A stretch of 46,614 nt of DNA. Origin: an uncultured Chitinophagaceae bacterium. GTDB lineage: Bacteria > Bacteroidota > Bacteroidia > NS11-12g > UBA9320. Of this stretch, positions 38,231-46,614 are shown one piece after another (position 1 is the stretch's first letter; the number at the start of each line of letters is the position of its first letter). The stretch covers positions 1 through 46,614 of the forward strand of contig CAZYJD010000008.1 in the NCBI GenBank assembly GCA_964647785.1, written 5' to 3'. Below the pieces are notes generated by a model. The model did no database searches. It saw nothing but the letters and a program-made list of their open reading frames with translations, and was not told the DNA's origin. The position numbers and the translations under genes are program-made.

Positions 38231-39625
38231 TTATACCCCTACATCATAATTGGCTGATTCCAGCAAGTATGGGTGATTCTTAGGATAGAGTGATGCTTTG
38301 GTTAGGGCGTGACTTACGATGTAAATAAACAATCCCGCAAAAGCCATGGTTGTTCCAATTTCCAACAAGCCTATGCCTGAATTCTCTGGACCTACAGCAC
38401 CCGGCATCACCATTAGATACATATCAACCCAGTGACCCACCAAAATAACAGATCCGGCAAGCACCAATACATAAGGACTTCTTTTCGCATTTCTCATCAT
38501 CAGAATGAGGAAAGGTGCAAAGAAATTCATGGCAATATTCACGAAGAAAAATGGTCTGTAATACCCATGGAGGCGGGCATCATAATAAACCGTTTCTTCA
38601 GGAAGGTTAGCATACCAAATTAGCAGGTATTGTGCCAACCAGATGTATGTCCAAAAAATACTGAAAGCAAACATGAACTTACCTAAATCATGCATCAGTT
38701 CATCGCTTACAAGTTCCATGTATCCCTGGCGCTTCAGATAAACCACAAACAAAGCAATAATGGTCATTGTGGTCACAAAGGTGATGGCAAAGTTGTATAC
38801 AGAAAAGATGGTACTGAACCAATGTGCATCAATGCTCATCATTACCAACCAGCTCAAAATAGAAAAGCTGAAAGCAAAAATGAATATGAAGGCTGCAGAG
38901 AACCTGATGCTTTTCAAGAAATTGCTTGTGTCTCCATCTGAAAGCTTGTCTTCAGCCAGAGATAACCTTCTCAATACCGTTCGGAAAATTATCCAAATGA
39001 TTCCAATCAAGGGCACTCCAAACAAGAAAAAACGCTTATTCAAGAACCATGATTTCTTATCCAAGAGGGCATCAGGGGCAACTTCTTCACCGCTGTACAT
39101 ATAGCTGTACCAATGATATACTTCTTCCTTGGAAAGGAACAACACCACAAATAGGATGGCAAAGCCAATGGGCAAATATGCACTCATCGCTTCAGGCACC
39201 CTTTTCACCATGGTAGGCCACCCAGCATTTGCCGCGTAATTAAGTGCAATAAAGAATAGGGCTCCGATACCAAAGAGCATGAAATAGTATGAATTCATCA
39301 ATAGATTGGCCCATAACCTACTGGTCCAACTTTTGGTGTGTCCTCCTCCATGTCCAGGCGCCTCATGGCCTGCTTCATCTGCATGGGTTTCGGCATGTTC
39401 TTCAGCTGATGAAGCCGTAGCTTCATGATGCTCAGCACCGGCTGATTCGTTGTGCTCAACAACCACAGCATGATCATCTGCGCCATGCCAATGACTTTTA
39501 ACCTGCATTGCACCTATTACTGCCAATATGATACCGAGCAGCAATAAGCCTCCGGCAAATAAACGGCCTCTGGAAGTGAAGCGAAACTGCTCGTCTTTAA
39601 TTTCTGTTATGTGATGGTGACCCAT
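38231..39625 (-). CDS. actF: Alternative complex III subunit ActF (NrfD/PsrC-like polytopic membrane subunit) with a His-rich N-terminal insertion.
   Basis: 464 aa. Last gene of the ActA-B-C-D-E-F order. Ten or more TM helices with NrfD-like topology. A 55-aa His/Glu/Ala-rich segment follows TM1. Confidence 0.8.
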   Translation of the reverse strand: MGHHHITEIKDEQFRFTSRGRLFAGGLLLLGIILAVIGAMQVKSHWHGADDHAVVVEHNESAGAEHHEATASSAEEHAETHADEAGHEAPGHGGGHTKSWTSRLWANLLMNSYYFMLFGIGALFFIALNYAANAGWPTMVKRVPEAMSAYLPIGFAILFVVLFLSKEEVYHWYSYMYSGEEVAPDALLDKKSWFLNKRFFLFGVPLIGIIWIIFRTVLRRLSLAEDKLSDGDTSNFLKSIRFSAAFIFIFAFSFSILSWLVMMSIDAHWFSTIFSVYNFAITFVTTMTIIALFVVYLKRQGYMELVSDELMHDLGKFMFAFSIFWTYIWLAQYLLIWYANLPEETVYYDARLHGYYRPFFFVNIAMNFFAPFLILMMRNAKRSPYVLVLAGSVILVGHWVDMYLMVMPGAVGPENSGIGLLEIGTTMAFAGLFIYIVSHALTKASLYPKNHPYLLESANYDVGV

Positions 39626-39661
39626 TGTATAATCTTTAAAGCTACTTGTTTATGAACTAAT

Positions 39662-40327
39662 TTAATCTTCAGAAATCATTTCTACGGAACTGGTTTCTGT
39701 TATTTCTTCGGCACTTACATTATCATCTGCAGTAGCGAAATTGAAATTCTCTTCACCATATGCAAGGTATTTCACATAGTGAATGACTTCCCAGCGTTCT
39801 TTTGGTGATAGAACCATGGCGTGCGATCCCATAAGACCTTTTCCATAGGTAATGGTGTGGAAAATCTTACCTACCGGTAAATCCTTGATGTAATCGCTCT
39901 GGTAGTTCGGCCAGGGAGGCTTAACATAACGTCCTTCCTGCATAACTGGCCCATCATTTCCACCTTTCTTACCATGACAGTTCCAGCAATAGGTGTTGTA
40001 AAGAATTTTGCCAGTTTCTACCACTTCTTTGGTAGCCGGAATAGCAGCTTTGAGTGATGCTGACATCTCATATCCTTCACCATTGTCGGGGTACGGGTAC
40101 AGATAATCCAACTGTCCTCTTGCAATGCTGCCTTTTACCGGCAGTCTCATGCTCATTCCACCGGGGTTATGGCTCCACTTTTTAGTTTGGGTAAACGCTT
40201 CATACCCCTTACTAACATACATGTCAGGCGCGTATTCGATTCCTGGATTGTCACCACCAGCAGTGCAACCTGCCAGACCTAGAGCCAGACTTCCGAATAT
40301 TACGTAAACTGTTGATTTTAATTTCAT
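39662..40327 (-). CDS. actE: Alternative complex III subunit ActE (monoheme cytochrome c lipoprotein).
   Basis: Lipoprotein signal MKLKSTVYVIFGSLALGLAGC (start at the internal Met; cat 40325-40327). Single heme motif CWNCHG. Position between actD and actF. The track's upstream extension, which would overlap actD by 68 nt, was rejected. Confidence 0.8.
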   Translation of the reverse strand: MKLKSTVYVIFGSLALGLAGCTAGGDNPGIEYAPDMYVSKGYEAFTQTKKWSHNPGGMSMRLPVKGSIARGQLDYLYPYPDNGEGYEMSASLKAAIPATKEVVETGKILYNTYCWNCHGKKGGNDGPVMQEGRYVKPPWPNYQSDYIKDLPVGKIFHTITYGKGLMGSHAMVLSPKERWEVIHYVKYLAYGEENFNFATADDNVSAEEITETSSVEMISED

Positions 40328-40331
40328 GGGC

Positions 40332-40916
40332 TTAATCGTTGTTATCTGTATTTCCCTTTGAATCTTTCGTATGGTTGTTTGAACCGAGAAGATCTCCATT
40401 TCTTTCCCTTAATTCCAAAGCACCTTCATTTTTGAATATCTCAGAAATTTCTCCAACATTCAAACCGTCTTTGCCTTCAATTGCAACAAACAATCGATCA
40501 TCAGTCTGACGTGGATCTATGATGTCAGGCTTGATTCCGTGAATCATTTTGGTTCTGGCAAAGAAAAGCAACCCCATACCGAATGCAGTACATAATACCG
40601 TAACTTCAAACGTAACGGGCACCATCGACGGCAGCATTTTATAAGTATCCGGTTTACCACCAATGATCATCGGCCAGTCCCAAACCATGATATAAAATTG
40701 CAAGAGCAGTCCCAGAGAAAAACCAATGGCACCGCAAATGAAAGCGCCAACCGTGAGATTGCTCCTTTTTATTCCCATTGCGGTGTCAAGACCGTGAACA
40801 GGAAACGGAGTGTAGCAGTCGAAAATTTCATACCCTTTTTTACGGAGTTTGCTCACTGAGCTCAGCACTCCATCGGGATTGTCGAATACGCCTAATATTA
40901 AATGTTTATCCAGCAT
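40332..40916 (-). CDS. actD: Alternative complex III subunit ActD (DUF3341 membrane protein).
   Basis: MLDKHLILGVFDNPDGVLSSVSKLRKKGYEIFDCYTPFPVHGLD is typical of ActD. Two TM helices. Position between actC and actE. Confidence 0.8.
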   Translation of the reverse strand: MLDKHLILGVFDNPDGVLSSVSKLRKKGYEIFDCYTPFPVHGLDTAMGIKRSNLTVGAFICGAIGFSLGLLLQFYIMVWDWPMIIGGKPDTYKMLPSMVPVTFEVTVLCTAFGMGLLFFARTKMIHGIKPDIIDPRQTDDRLFVAIEGKDGLNVGEISEIFKNEGALELRERNGDLLGSNNHTKDSKGNTDNND

Positions 40917-40925
40917 GGTTTCTGT

Positions 40926-42272
40926 TTATTCCTTGTCTTTAATGATACCTTTAACTTCTGCCATATTAACTACTGGCAAGAATTTAGCAAATAGGAAGAA
41001 GAGGGTGAAGAACAACCCAAATGTTCCGATGAATATGCCAACTTCCACCCATGTCGGGTAGTACATCGCCCAAGAAGATGGCAAGTAGTCTCTGTGAAGT
41101 GAGGTTACGATGATCACAAAACGCTCAAACCACATTCCGATGTTCACAATGATCGACATGAAAAAGATGAACCATGGGGTGGTTCGGGCCCATTTGAACC
41201 AGAATACCTGAGGTGCAAGCAAATTGCAAGACATCATGGTCCAATATGCCCACCAATATGGTCCGAAAGCACGGTTAATAAATGCATATTGCTCATATTC
41301 AACACCTGAATAAGCTGCAATAAAGAATTCAGTTAAGTATGCCAAACCTACCATGGATCCGGTAAGCATAATCACTTTGGTCATTGCCTCTAGGTGACTG
41401 ATGGTGATGTAGTCTTCCAATTTCATCACTTTACGCGCCACCACCAATAGGGTTAATACCATACCGAAACCGGAGAAAATTGCTCCTGCCACAAAGTATG
41501 GAGGAAAAATGGTGGTGTGCCAACCTGGGATGACAGAGGTTGCAAAGTCAAAAGATACAATGGTGTGAACGGATAGCACCAATGGCGTTGATATACCCGC
41601 CAAAATGAGGGATACCACTTCATAGCGATGCCAGTTTCTGGCCGAGCCATTCCAGCCCATCGAAAAGAAATTATACCAGAATTTGCGTGCTTTTGTCTTT
41701 GCGCGGTCACGAACAGTAGCGATATCAGGGATCAAGCCCAAATACCAAAACAGAAGAGATACCGAGAAGTAGGTTGAGATCGCAAACACGTCCCAAAGAA
41801 GAGGTGAATTGAAATTAACCCAAAGTGACCCAAACGCGTTAGGAAGTGGCAATGGCCAGTACCCCAACCAGACACGCCCCATGTGAAAGAGCGGAAAAAG
41901 TGCCGCACACATTACGGCAAATATGGTCATGGCTTCTGCCGATCGGTTGATTGACATTCTCCATTTCTGACGGAAAAGCAAAAGAATTGCCGAGATCAGT
42001 GTTCCGGCATGTCCGATACCCACCCAAAATACGAAGTTGGTAATGTCCCAGCCCCACATAACGGTTTTGTTCACCCCCCATGTACCTATCCCCACTAAGG
42101 TGGTATACCCCAGGGTAATGGCCAAGAGAATCAAGGCAAAGAATGAAAGGATAAAGCCCATCCACCATGCCTTGGATGGTTTGTTTTCAATAGGGCGACA
42201 GATATCATTGCTTACGTCTGCAATGCTCTTGTTGCCTGTTACTAGCGGTTTTCTTATACTGGCCTGATACAT
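40926..42272 (-). CDS. actC: Alternative complex III subunit ActC (NrfD/PsrC-family quinol-interacting membrane subunit).
   Basis: 448 aa with about ten TM helices. Trp- and Tyr-rich loops are typical of the NrfD family. It sits immediately 3' of actB. Confidence 0.9.
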   Translation of the reverse strand: MYQASIRKPLVTGNKSIADVSNDICRPIENKPSKAWWMGFILSFFALILLAITLGYTTLVGIGTWGVNKTVMWGWDITNFVFWVGIGHAGTLISAILLLFRQKWRMSINRSAEAMTIFAVMCAALFPLFHMGRVWLGYWPLPLPNAFGSLWVNFNSPLLWDVFAISTYFSVSLLFWYLGLIPDIATVRDRAKTKARKFWYNFFSMGWNGSARNWHRYEVVSLILAGISTPLVLSVHTIVSFDFATSVIPGWHTTIFPPYFVAGAIFSGFGMVLTLLVVARKVMKLEDYITISHLEAMTKVIMLTGSMVGLAYLTEFFIAAYSGVEYEQYAFINRAFGPYWWAYWTMMSCNLLAPQVFWFKWARTTPWFIFFMSIIVNIGMWFERFVIIVTSLHRDYLPSSWAMYYPTWVEVGIFIGTFGLFFTLFFLFAKFLPVVNMAEVKGIIKDKE

Positions 42273-42285
42273 GTCAAATAGCTAT

Positions 42286-45200
42286 TTAAGAGTGATGTGC
42301 TCCTGATTTTTCAATTTCTTTTTTGTTTCTGATCTTGGTCATATATACCACCGAAGGACGAACATCCAATTCTTCCAACATGTGGTATGAGCGTTCGTTC
42401 TTGTACAACTTAGATATTTCACTGGATTGATCATTCAAGTCTCCGAACACGATGGCATTGGATGGACAAGAGCGAGCACAAGCGGTTTGAACATCGCCAT
42501 CGCTCATCTTTCTTCCTTCACGCTTGGCCGCGAGTTTGGCAGATTGAATGTTCTGGATGCAGAAACTGCATTTTTCCATAACCCCACGTGTACGAACGGT
42601 CACATCCGGATTGATCACCATCTTACCTAGATCATTATTGAAATGATAATCAAACATATCGTTGTCGTTGTACCTGAACCAATTAAAGCGTCTTACTTTA
42701 TACGGACAGTTGTTTCCACAATATTTTGTACCAATGCAACGATTGTAAGTCATTTGGTTGAGACCTTCCTTGCTGTGTGTTGTAGCGAGCACAGGGCAAA
42801 CCGTTTCGCATGGTGCATTGTCGCAATGCTGACACATTACCGGCTGGAAAACCACCTTTACATTATCGTAATGCTTGAAATCCTCGCCATTCTTAGCTTT
42901 TTCTATGGCATCAATTTCCGTCTCCTTGGTTACGTAGGCTCCTTCCTGGAAAGTTTCTTCAACATCGAATGGACCCACTTTCACCGTGGCATCCAATTCA
43001 CGGTCAGATGCAAACGAGTAATAACGGTCAATACGAATCCAATGCATTTCCCTTCTTCGCCTGATTTCATCTCTTCCCACCACGGGGACATTGTTTTCGA
43101 TGCTACAACTTACCACACAAGCACCACAACCGGTACAAGCATTCAGGTCTATAGCCATTGCCCAATGGTGGCCCTTGCTATAGTCATAATCTTCCCAGAG
43201 TGAAATGAGGTTATGCTTATGCTCATTGCGCACATATGGGTTTTCGTTGTATTCAGACAAGGTGGCTTCGCGAACCATGTCACGACCTTCAATTGAATGG
43301 TGCGTTTGTGTTCTTGCCAATTCATAACTGGCTGAAGCTTTCTCAACTTTAACTCCGGATGTAACATTGAAGTTCAGAGCGCCATTGGCATCCCGAACCG
43401 CAAATGGGTAAGCATTTTTACCCAAATCTTTCAGGTCATTTTTCACTGTTTCCGGAAGTTTTCTTCCGTATCCAACAGCTATGGCCAAAGTACCGGTAGC
43501 CTGTCCGGGTTGGATCAGAACCGGCATATTTTCCAAGGTGTATGCACCGGTGGTGATATTCACTGTGTCGCCATCTTCCACTCCGATTGAAGCGGCCTCT
43601 GTTTTAGACATGGAAACATAGTTATCCCAGGTCACCTTGCTGATTGGATCGGGCATTTCATGAACCCATGGATTTGTCCCCATTGCTCCATCTTTCGGTC
43701 CGCCTTTTAGATAGAGAATGAGTTCCTTATCTGCATTCTTTACATTTTTCTCTACACCAGCAACAATTTCCGAGGCAATGACCCCAAGTGCTGGAACGGA
43801 AGATGCAACTTCACCTTTGTTATATACACCTCTCTCGAGTGCTTTATCCCATGCTGGAGTGATGCTTTCTTTCCAATTATTCTTGATGAACTGATACGAC
43901 AAGCTGTAACCATCTTCAGCTTTGTTTTCCATTCCAGCCCAAACCAAAAGCGATTCAATTTCCTGACGAGTATTGAAAACCGGACTGATGGTGGGTTGAG
44001 TTAATTGGAAAAGACCTTTTTTCACCTCTGCATCGGCCCATGACTCAAGATAATGATTGGATGGACAAACATAGTTGGCCAGCTCTGCAGTTTCATCACG
44101 CGTTCCTGCAGTTGAAACCACCATGCCTACCTTCTTCAAGGCAGCCATCAATTTTGTGGTTTCAGGATAACTGTAAACTGGATTCGTTCCAACAAACAAG
44201 GCTGCTCCCACTTTATTCGCAGAAGCATCAGCTACAAAGCGGTCAAAACCTTCTTCTGAGTAAGTATGCTGCATCGAGTAATTATCAACATCGATCGTTT
44301 GACCATAATTCTCGAGCAAATGATTGATGGCATTGACCACCATCTGATTTTCCTTAATGTTCGACTTGGACACCACCAAAGATTTTCCTTTAGCTTTCCA
44401 AAGCGCTTCTGCCACCTGTGCAATGGCGTTGCCTGCCAATTCTTCCTGACGAGCCATCGGCATTTGTGAAACACCCGCCTTTTGGGCGAGCTTATTGTAG
44501 AGGGTCACCAAATAGATTCCTTCTTTTGATTCCTTCATAGGGAATCTGTAATCAGCATTGGCACCACTCAAACTCAGGATCGACTCGAACTGAAAATGCT
44601 GAGACATTTTACCGCTCTTGGGCACACGGTTTTTAACGTAATCTTTAGAGAATTCTACTGGACTGATCCATGTTCCGAGAAAATCAGCACCAAAGCTTAC
44701 AATCACCTCAGCTTTTTCAAAGTGATAAGAAGGAACTACTTTTTTACCGAAGCTAGCATCATTTGCATTGAGGATACCTGAATACGATACCGGCTGGTAT
44801 TGGTAAACCGCAGCAGCAGGATACTTAGCTTTGAATACCTCGAGGGCTTTGTTCAAGCTCGGGCTGTTCGCTTTATCCACCACGATGGCGATTTCTTTAC
44901 CTGCAGCTTGAGCAGCATCTAGAGCTTTGATCACATCTGCATCAACTTTGCTCCAATCTTCAATTTCGATTCCGTCTTTATCCACAGGATGCGCCAATCG
45001 ATTGGTGTCATAAAGAGAAAGAATACTGGCTTGTCCTGTACCGCAAAGACCACCTTTTGAAATAGGCGAATCTTCATTGCCTTCCAATTTAATGGGTCGC
45101 CCTTCACGCACCTTCACCAAAACCCCACAGCCCACATTGCAGGCGCCACATGTAGAGGCATAGTATAAAGGAAGCCCTGGTGTTACATTCGATGGCTTTT

Positions 45201-45438
45201 CCACATATGGTATGGCATACTTTACAGGAGCCTTGTTACAGGCTGCCAATGCCACCGCACTGATGCTAAAACCAAAATATTTCAAAAAATCGCGCCGGTT
45301 GGTATTGAACTCACCCACACCCGAGAGCGCTTCTTCGAGGGGCAAACCTTCGGCAAATTCATTTTTACTGGCGGCTACGAAATCTGGTCTTTTTTCGAGT
45401 TCCTCCAGTCCTTTCCAATATTGATTCTTGTTGCTCAT
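42286..45438 (-). CDS. actB: Alternative complex III subunit ActB: molybdopterin-oxidoreductase-like domain (B1) fused to a 4Fe-4S ferredoxin domain (B2), Tat-exported.
   Basis: 1050 aa. Twin-arginine signal NRRDFLKYFGFSISAVALAAC. Cys clusters CTGCGACVVSC, CQHCDNAPCETVCP, CIGTKYCGNNCPYKV and CSFC. N-terminal GLCGTGQASI in the MopB-like domain. Confidence 0.92.
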   Translation of the reverse strand: MSNKNQYWKGLEELEKRPDFVAASKNEFAEGLPLEEALSGVGEFNTNRRDFLKYFGFSISAVALAACNKAPVKYAIPYVEKPSNVTPGLPLYYASTCGACNVGCGVLVKVREGRPIKLEGNEDSPISKGGLCGTGQASILSLYDTNRLAHPVDKDGIEIEDWSKVDADVIKALDAAQAAGKEIAIVVDKANSPSLNKALEVFKAKYPAAAVYQYQPVSYSGILNANDASFGKKVVPSYHFEKAEVIVSFGADFLGTWISPVEFSKDYVKNRVPKSGKMSQHFQFESILSLSGANADYRFPMKESKEGIYLVTLYNKLAQKAGVSQMPMARQEELAGNAIAQVAEALWKAKGKSLVVSKSNIKENQMVVNAINHLLENYGQTIDVDNYSMQHTYSEEGFDRFVADASANKVGAALFVGTNPVYSYPETTKLMAALKKVGMVVSTAGTRDETAELANYVCPSNHYLESWADAEVKKGLFQLTQPTISPVFNTRQEIESLLVWAGMENKAEDGYSLSYQFIKNNWKESITPAWDKALERGVYNKGEVASSVPALGVIASEIVAGVEKNVKNADKELILYLKGGPKDGAMGTNPWVHEMPDPISKVTWDNYVSMSKTEAASIGVEDGDTVNITTGAYTLENMPVLIQPGQATGTLAIAVGYGRKLPETVKNDLKDLGKNAYPFAVRDANGALNFNVTSGVKVEKASASYELARTQTHHSIEGRDMVREATLSEYNENPYVRNEHKHNLISLWEDYDYSKGHHWAMAIDLNACTGCGACVVSCSIENNVPVVGRDEIRRRREMHWIRIDRYYSFASDRELDATVKVGPFDVEETFQEGAYVTKETEIDAIEKAKNGEDFKHYDNVKVVFQPVMCQHCDNAPCETVCPVLATTHSKEGLNQMTYNRCIGTKYCGNNCPYKVRRFNWFRYNDNDMFDYHFNNDLGKMVINPDVTVRTRGVMEKCSFCIQNIQSAKLAAKREGRKMSDGDVQTACARSCPSNAIVFGDLNDQSSEISKLYKNERSYHMLEELDVRPSVVYMTKIRNKKEIEKSGAHHS

Positions 45439-45459
45439 GGATTCAATTCTTTTTTAAGA

Positions 45460-46344
45460 TTAATAATGACACTTACCACACTCCAAACCGCCATTCTCAG
45501 CCACCGAAATGTATTCTTTGCCTTCAATCTTCATGTTCTTATGCACTTCTTCGTAGTACGGATTATTTTCCACATCAATCCCTCTCTCTCTGTGACAATT
45601 GATGCACCATCCCATCTGCAGACTAGAGAATTGATATACTTTATCCATTTCTTGGATGGGGCCGTGACAATTTTGGCACTCCAACTTTCCAACTTTCACG
45701 TGTTGTGAGTGGTTGAAGTATGCAAGATCTGGAAGGTTATGAATTCTCACCCACTCAATGGGCTTTTGCTCATAATCGGCGATGTAAGAACCGCTTTCAC
45801 CATCGAAACCAATGGCGTTGTAAATCTTTTGAATCTCAGGAGATACTTTACCATCATACCTTTCACGCAACTGAACATAACGATGGCAGTTCATGCACGT
45901 ATTTGCTGATGGTATGCTTGCGTGGCGACTTTTCTCTACGGTGTAATGGCAATACTTACAATCCAACTCAAGTGTTCCTGCATGGATTTTGTGAGAGAAA
46001 TTAATGGGTTGGGTGGGAGCATATCCTTGCTGAACACCTACTTCATTCATTCCGAAAAGATAGCCATATGCACCCATGGAAACTGCCAACACCCCAATAA
46101 CAACAAGGGTCACAATGGTAGGATTCCATTTTTTTACAACAGGCTTAACATTGGTCTCAAGGAACCCTGCTTCTTTTTGTTCTCCAAATTTCTCAGCGAC
46201 GATGGCCGATAAATTTCGCTTGATTCCATAGAGCAAACCAGCGATTACCAAGAGAACGAGCCCTAAAACAATGATGGTTAAATAAGTGGAACTTGAATAA
46301 AAACCTGTGGCTTGTGCCAAAACCATTAGCTCTGTCATTAGCAT
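45460..46344 (-). CDS. actA: Alternative complex III subunit ActA (membrane-anchored pentaheme cytochrome c).
   Basis: N-terminal TM anchor. Five CxxCH motifs: CKYCHY, CMNCHR, CQNCHG, CINCHR, CGKCHY. It is the first gene of the operon. Confidence 0.9.
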   Translation of the reverse strand: MLMTELMVLAQATGFYSSSTYLTIIVLGLVLLVIAGLLYGIKRNLSAIVAEKFGEQKEAGFLETNVKPVVKKWNPTIVTLVVIGVLAVSMGAYGYLFGMNEVGVQQGYAPTQPINFSHKIHAGTLELDCKYCHYTVEKSRHASIPSANTCMNCHRYVQLRERYDGKVSPEIQKIYNAIGFDGESGSYIADYEQKPIEWVRIHNLPDLAYFNHSQHVKVGKLECQNCHGPIQEMDKVYQFSSLQMGWCINCHRERGIDVENNPYYEEVHKNMKIEGKEYISVAENGGLECGKCHY

Positions 46345-46387
46345 TTTTTGTCGATTTAATACTGTCTTACATCCTTTTGATGCGGTG

Positions 46388-46422
46388 CAAAATTAATCCA
46401 ATCGACAGTTGTTCATAGACAA
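46388..46422 (-). promoter_or_regulatory. Candidate Bacteroidota-type promoter for the actABCDEF operon.
   Basis: The minus strand reads TAATTTTG (46395→46388), matching -7 TAnnTTTG, 44 nt upstream of the actA ATG. A TTG at 46422→46420 is 24 nt upstream of it. The spacing is somewhat long. Confidence 0.25.
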
Positions 46423-46489
46423 GTTACCCACATGAAAAACAATTTAGATAACTTCTAAATAAATGTGTAAAAAGCTGTTTTTGTGAAGC

Positions 46490-46614
46490 TTAAGTTTTCT
46501 TATTGATGGTGGTGTCAAGGGTCTGATAAACAGAGTTGTTGCTCATAAACTCTGGAACAATCGTCTTCATCATTTTCACCAATTTCACATTGTCAATGCG
46601 ATCCTTGTTTTCAT
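46490..46614 (-). CDS. 3' end (41 codons) of an unidentified gene that continues beyond the window edge.
   Basis: An open frame on the minus strand from the window edge to the stop (tta at 46490-46492). It reads ...ENKDRIDNVKLVKMMKTIVPEFMSNNSVYQTLDTTINKKT*. No recognisable motifs. Confidence 0.3.
   Translation of the reverse strand, partial: ENKDRIDNVKLVKMMKTIVPEFMSNNSVYQTLDTTINKKT

Noticed and set aside
38432-39104. Three plus-strand ORFs (63-114 aa) inside actF.
   Set aside because: They are antisense to a well-supported NrfD-like membrane protein gene in operon context, and their sequences are low-complexity.

Overview
This 46.6 kb window reads as a Bacteroidota chromosomal segment. The calls that support that are Type IX secretion (T9SS) C-terminal sorting domains on three large secreted proteins, a complete alternative complex III (ACIII) operon, many lipoproteins, and no obvious Shine-Dalgarno sequences. 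Genes are densely packed and mostly housekeeping. They include guaA, ffh, tatC, rpiB, pdxH, gatC, lolD-like, a fabG-like short-chain dehydrogenase/reductase, pepE, an FKBP-type peptidyl-prolyl isomerase, an SPFH/band-7 protein, an ABC-F ATPase, an OmpR-type two-component pair, Leu/Phe/Val dehydrogenase and a PduO-type corrinoid adenosyltransferase.

The most striking feature is a tandem pair of ~1,240-aa T9SS-secreted proteins with PKD repeats (16659..20405 and 20589..24311, minus strand). Their 3' 2,162 bp are nucleotide-identical (16603..18764 = 20533..22694, offset exactly 3930 bp). That tract covers 701 C-terminal codons plus the 3' UTR and terminator. Their 5' halves are clearly diverged, and identity ends abruptly in-frame within one codon, which is the signature of gene conversion between old paralogues.

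The second notable block is an intact actABCDEF operon (38231..46344, minus strand). It has a pentaheme ActA, a Tat-signal ActB with Fe-S motifs, and an ActF that carries an unusual His-rich insertion.

Other points are a third T9SS cargo protein with five tandem Ig-like repeats, a GT-C-like membrane protein paired with a ComB-family phosphatase, an orphan PdeM-like phosphoesterase, and several well-formed intrinsic terminators. I found no tRNA or rRNA genes, CRISPR arrays, transposases or integrases. All product calls rest on motif recognition in the supplied translations; no database searches were run.
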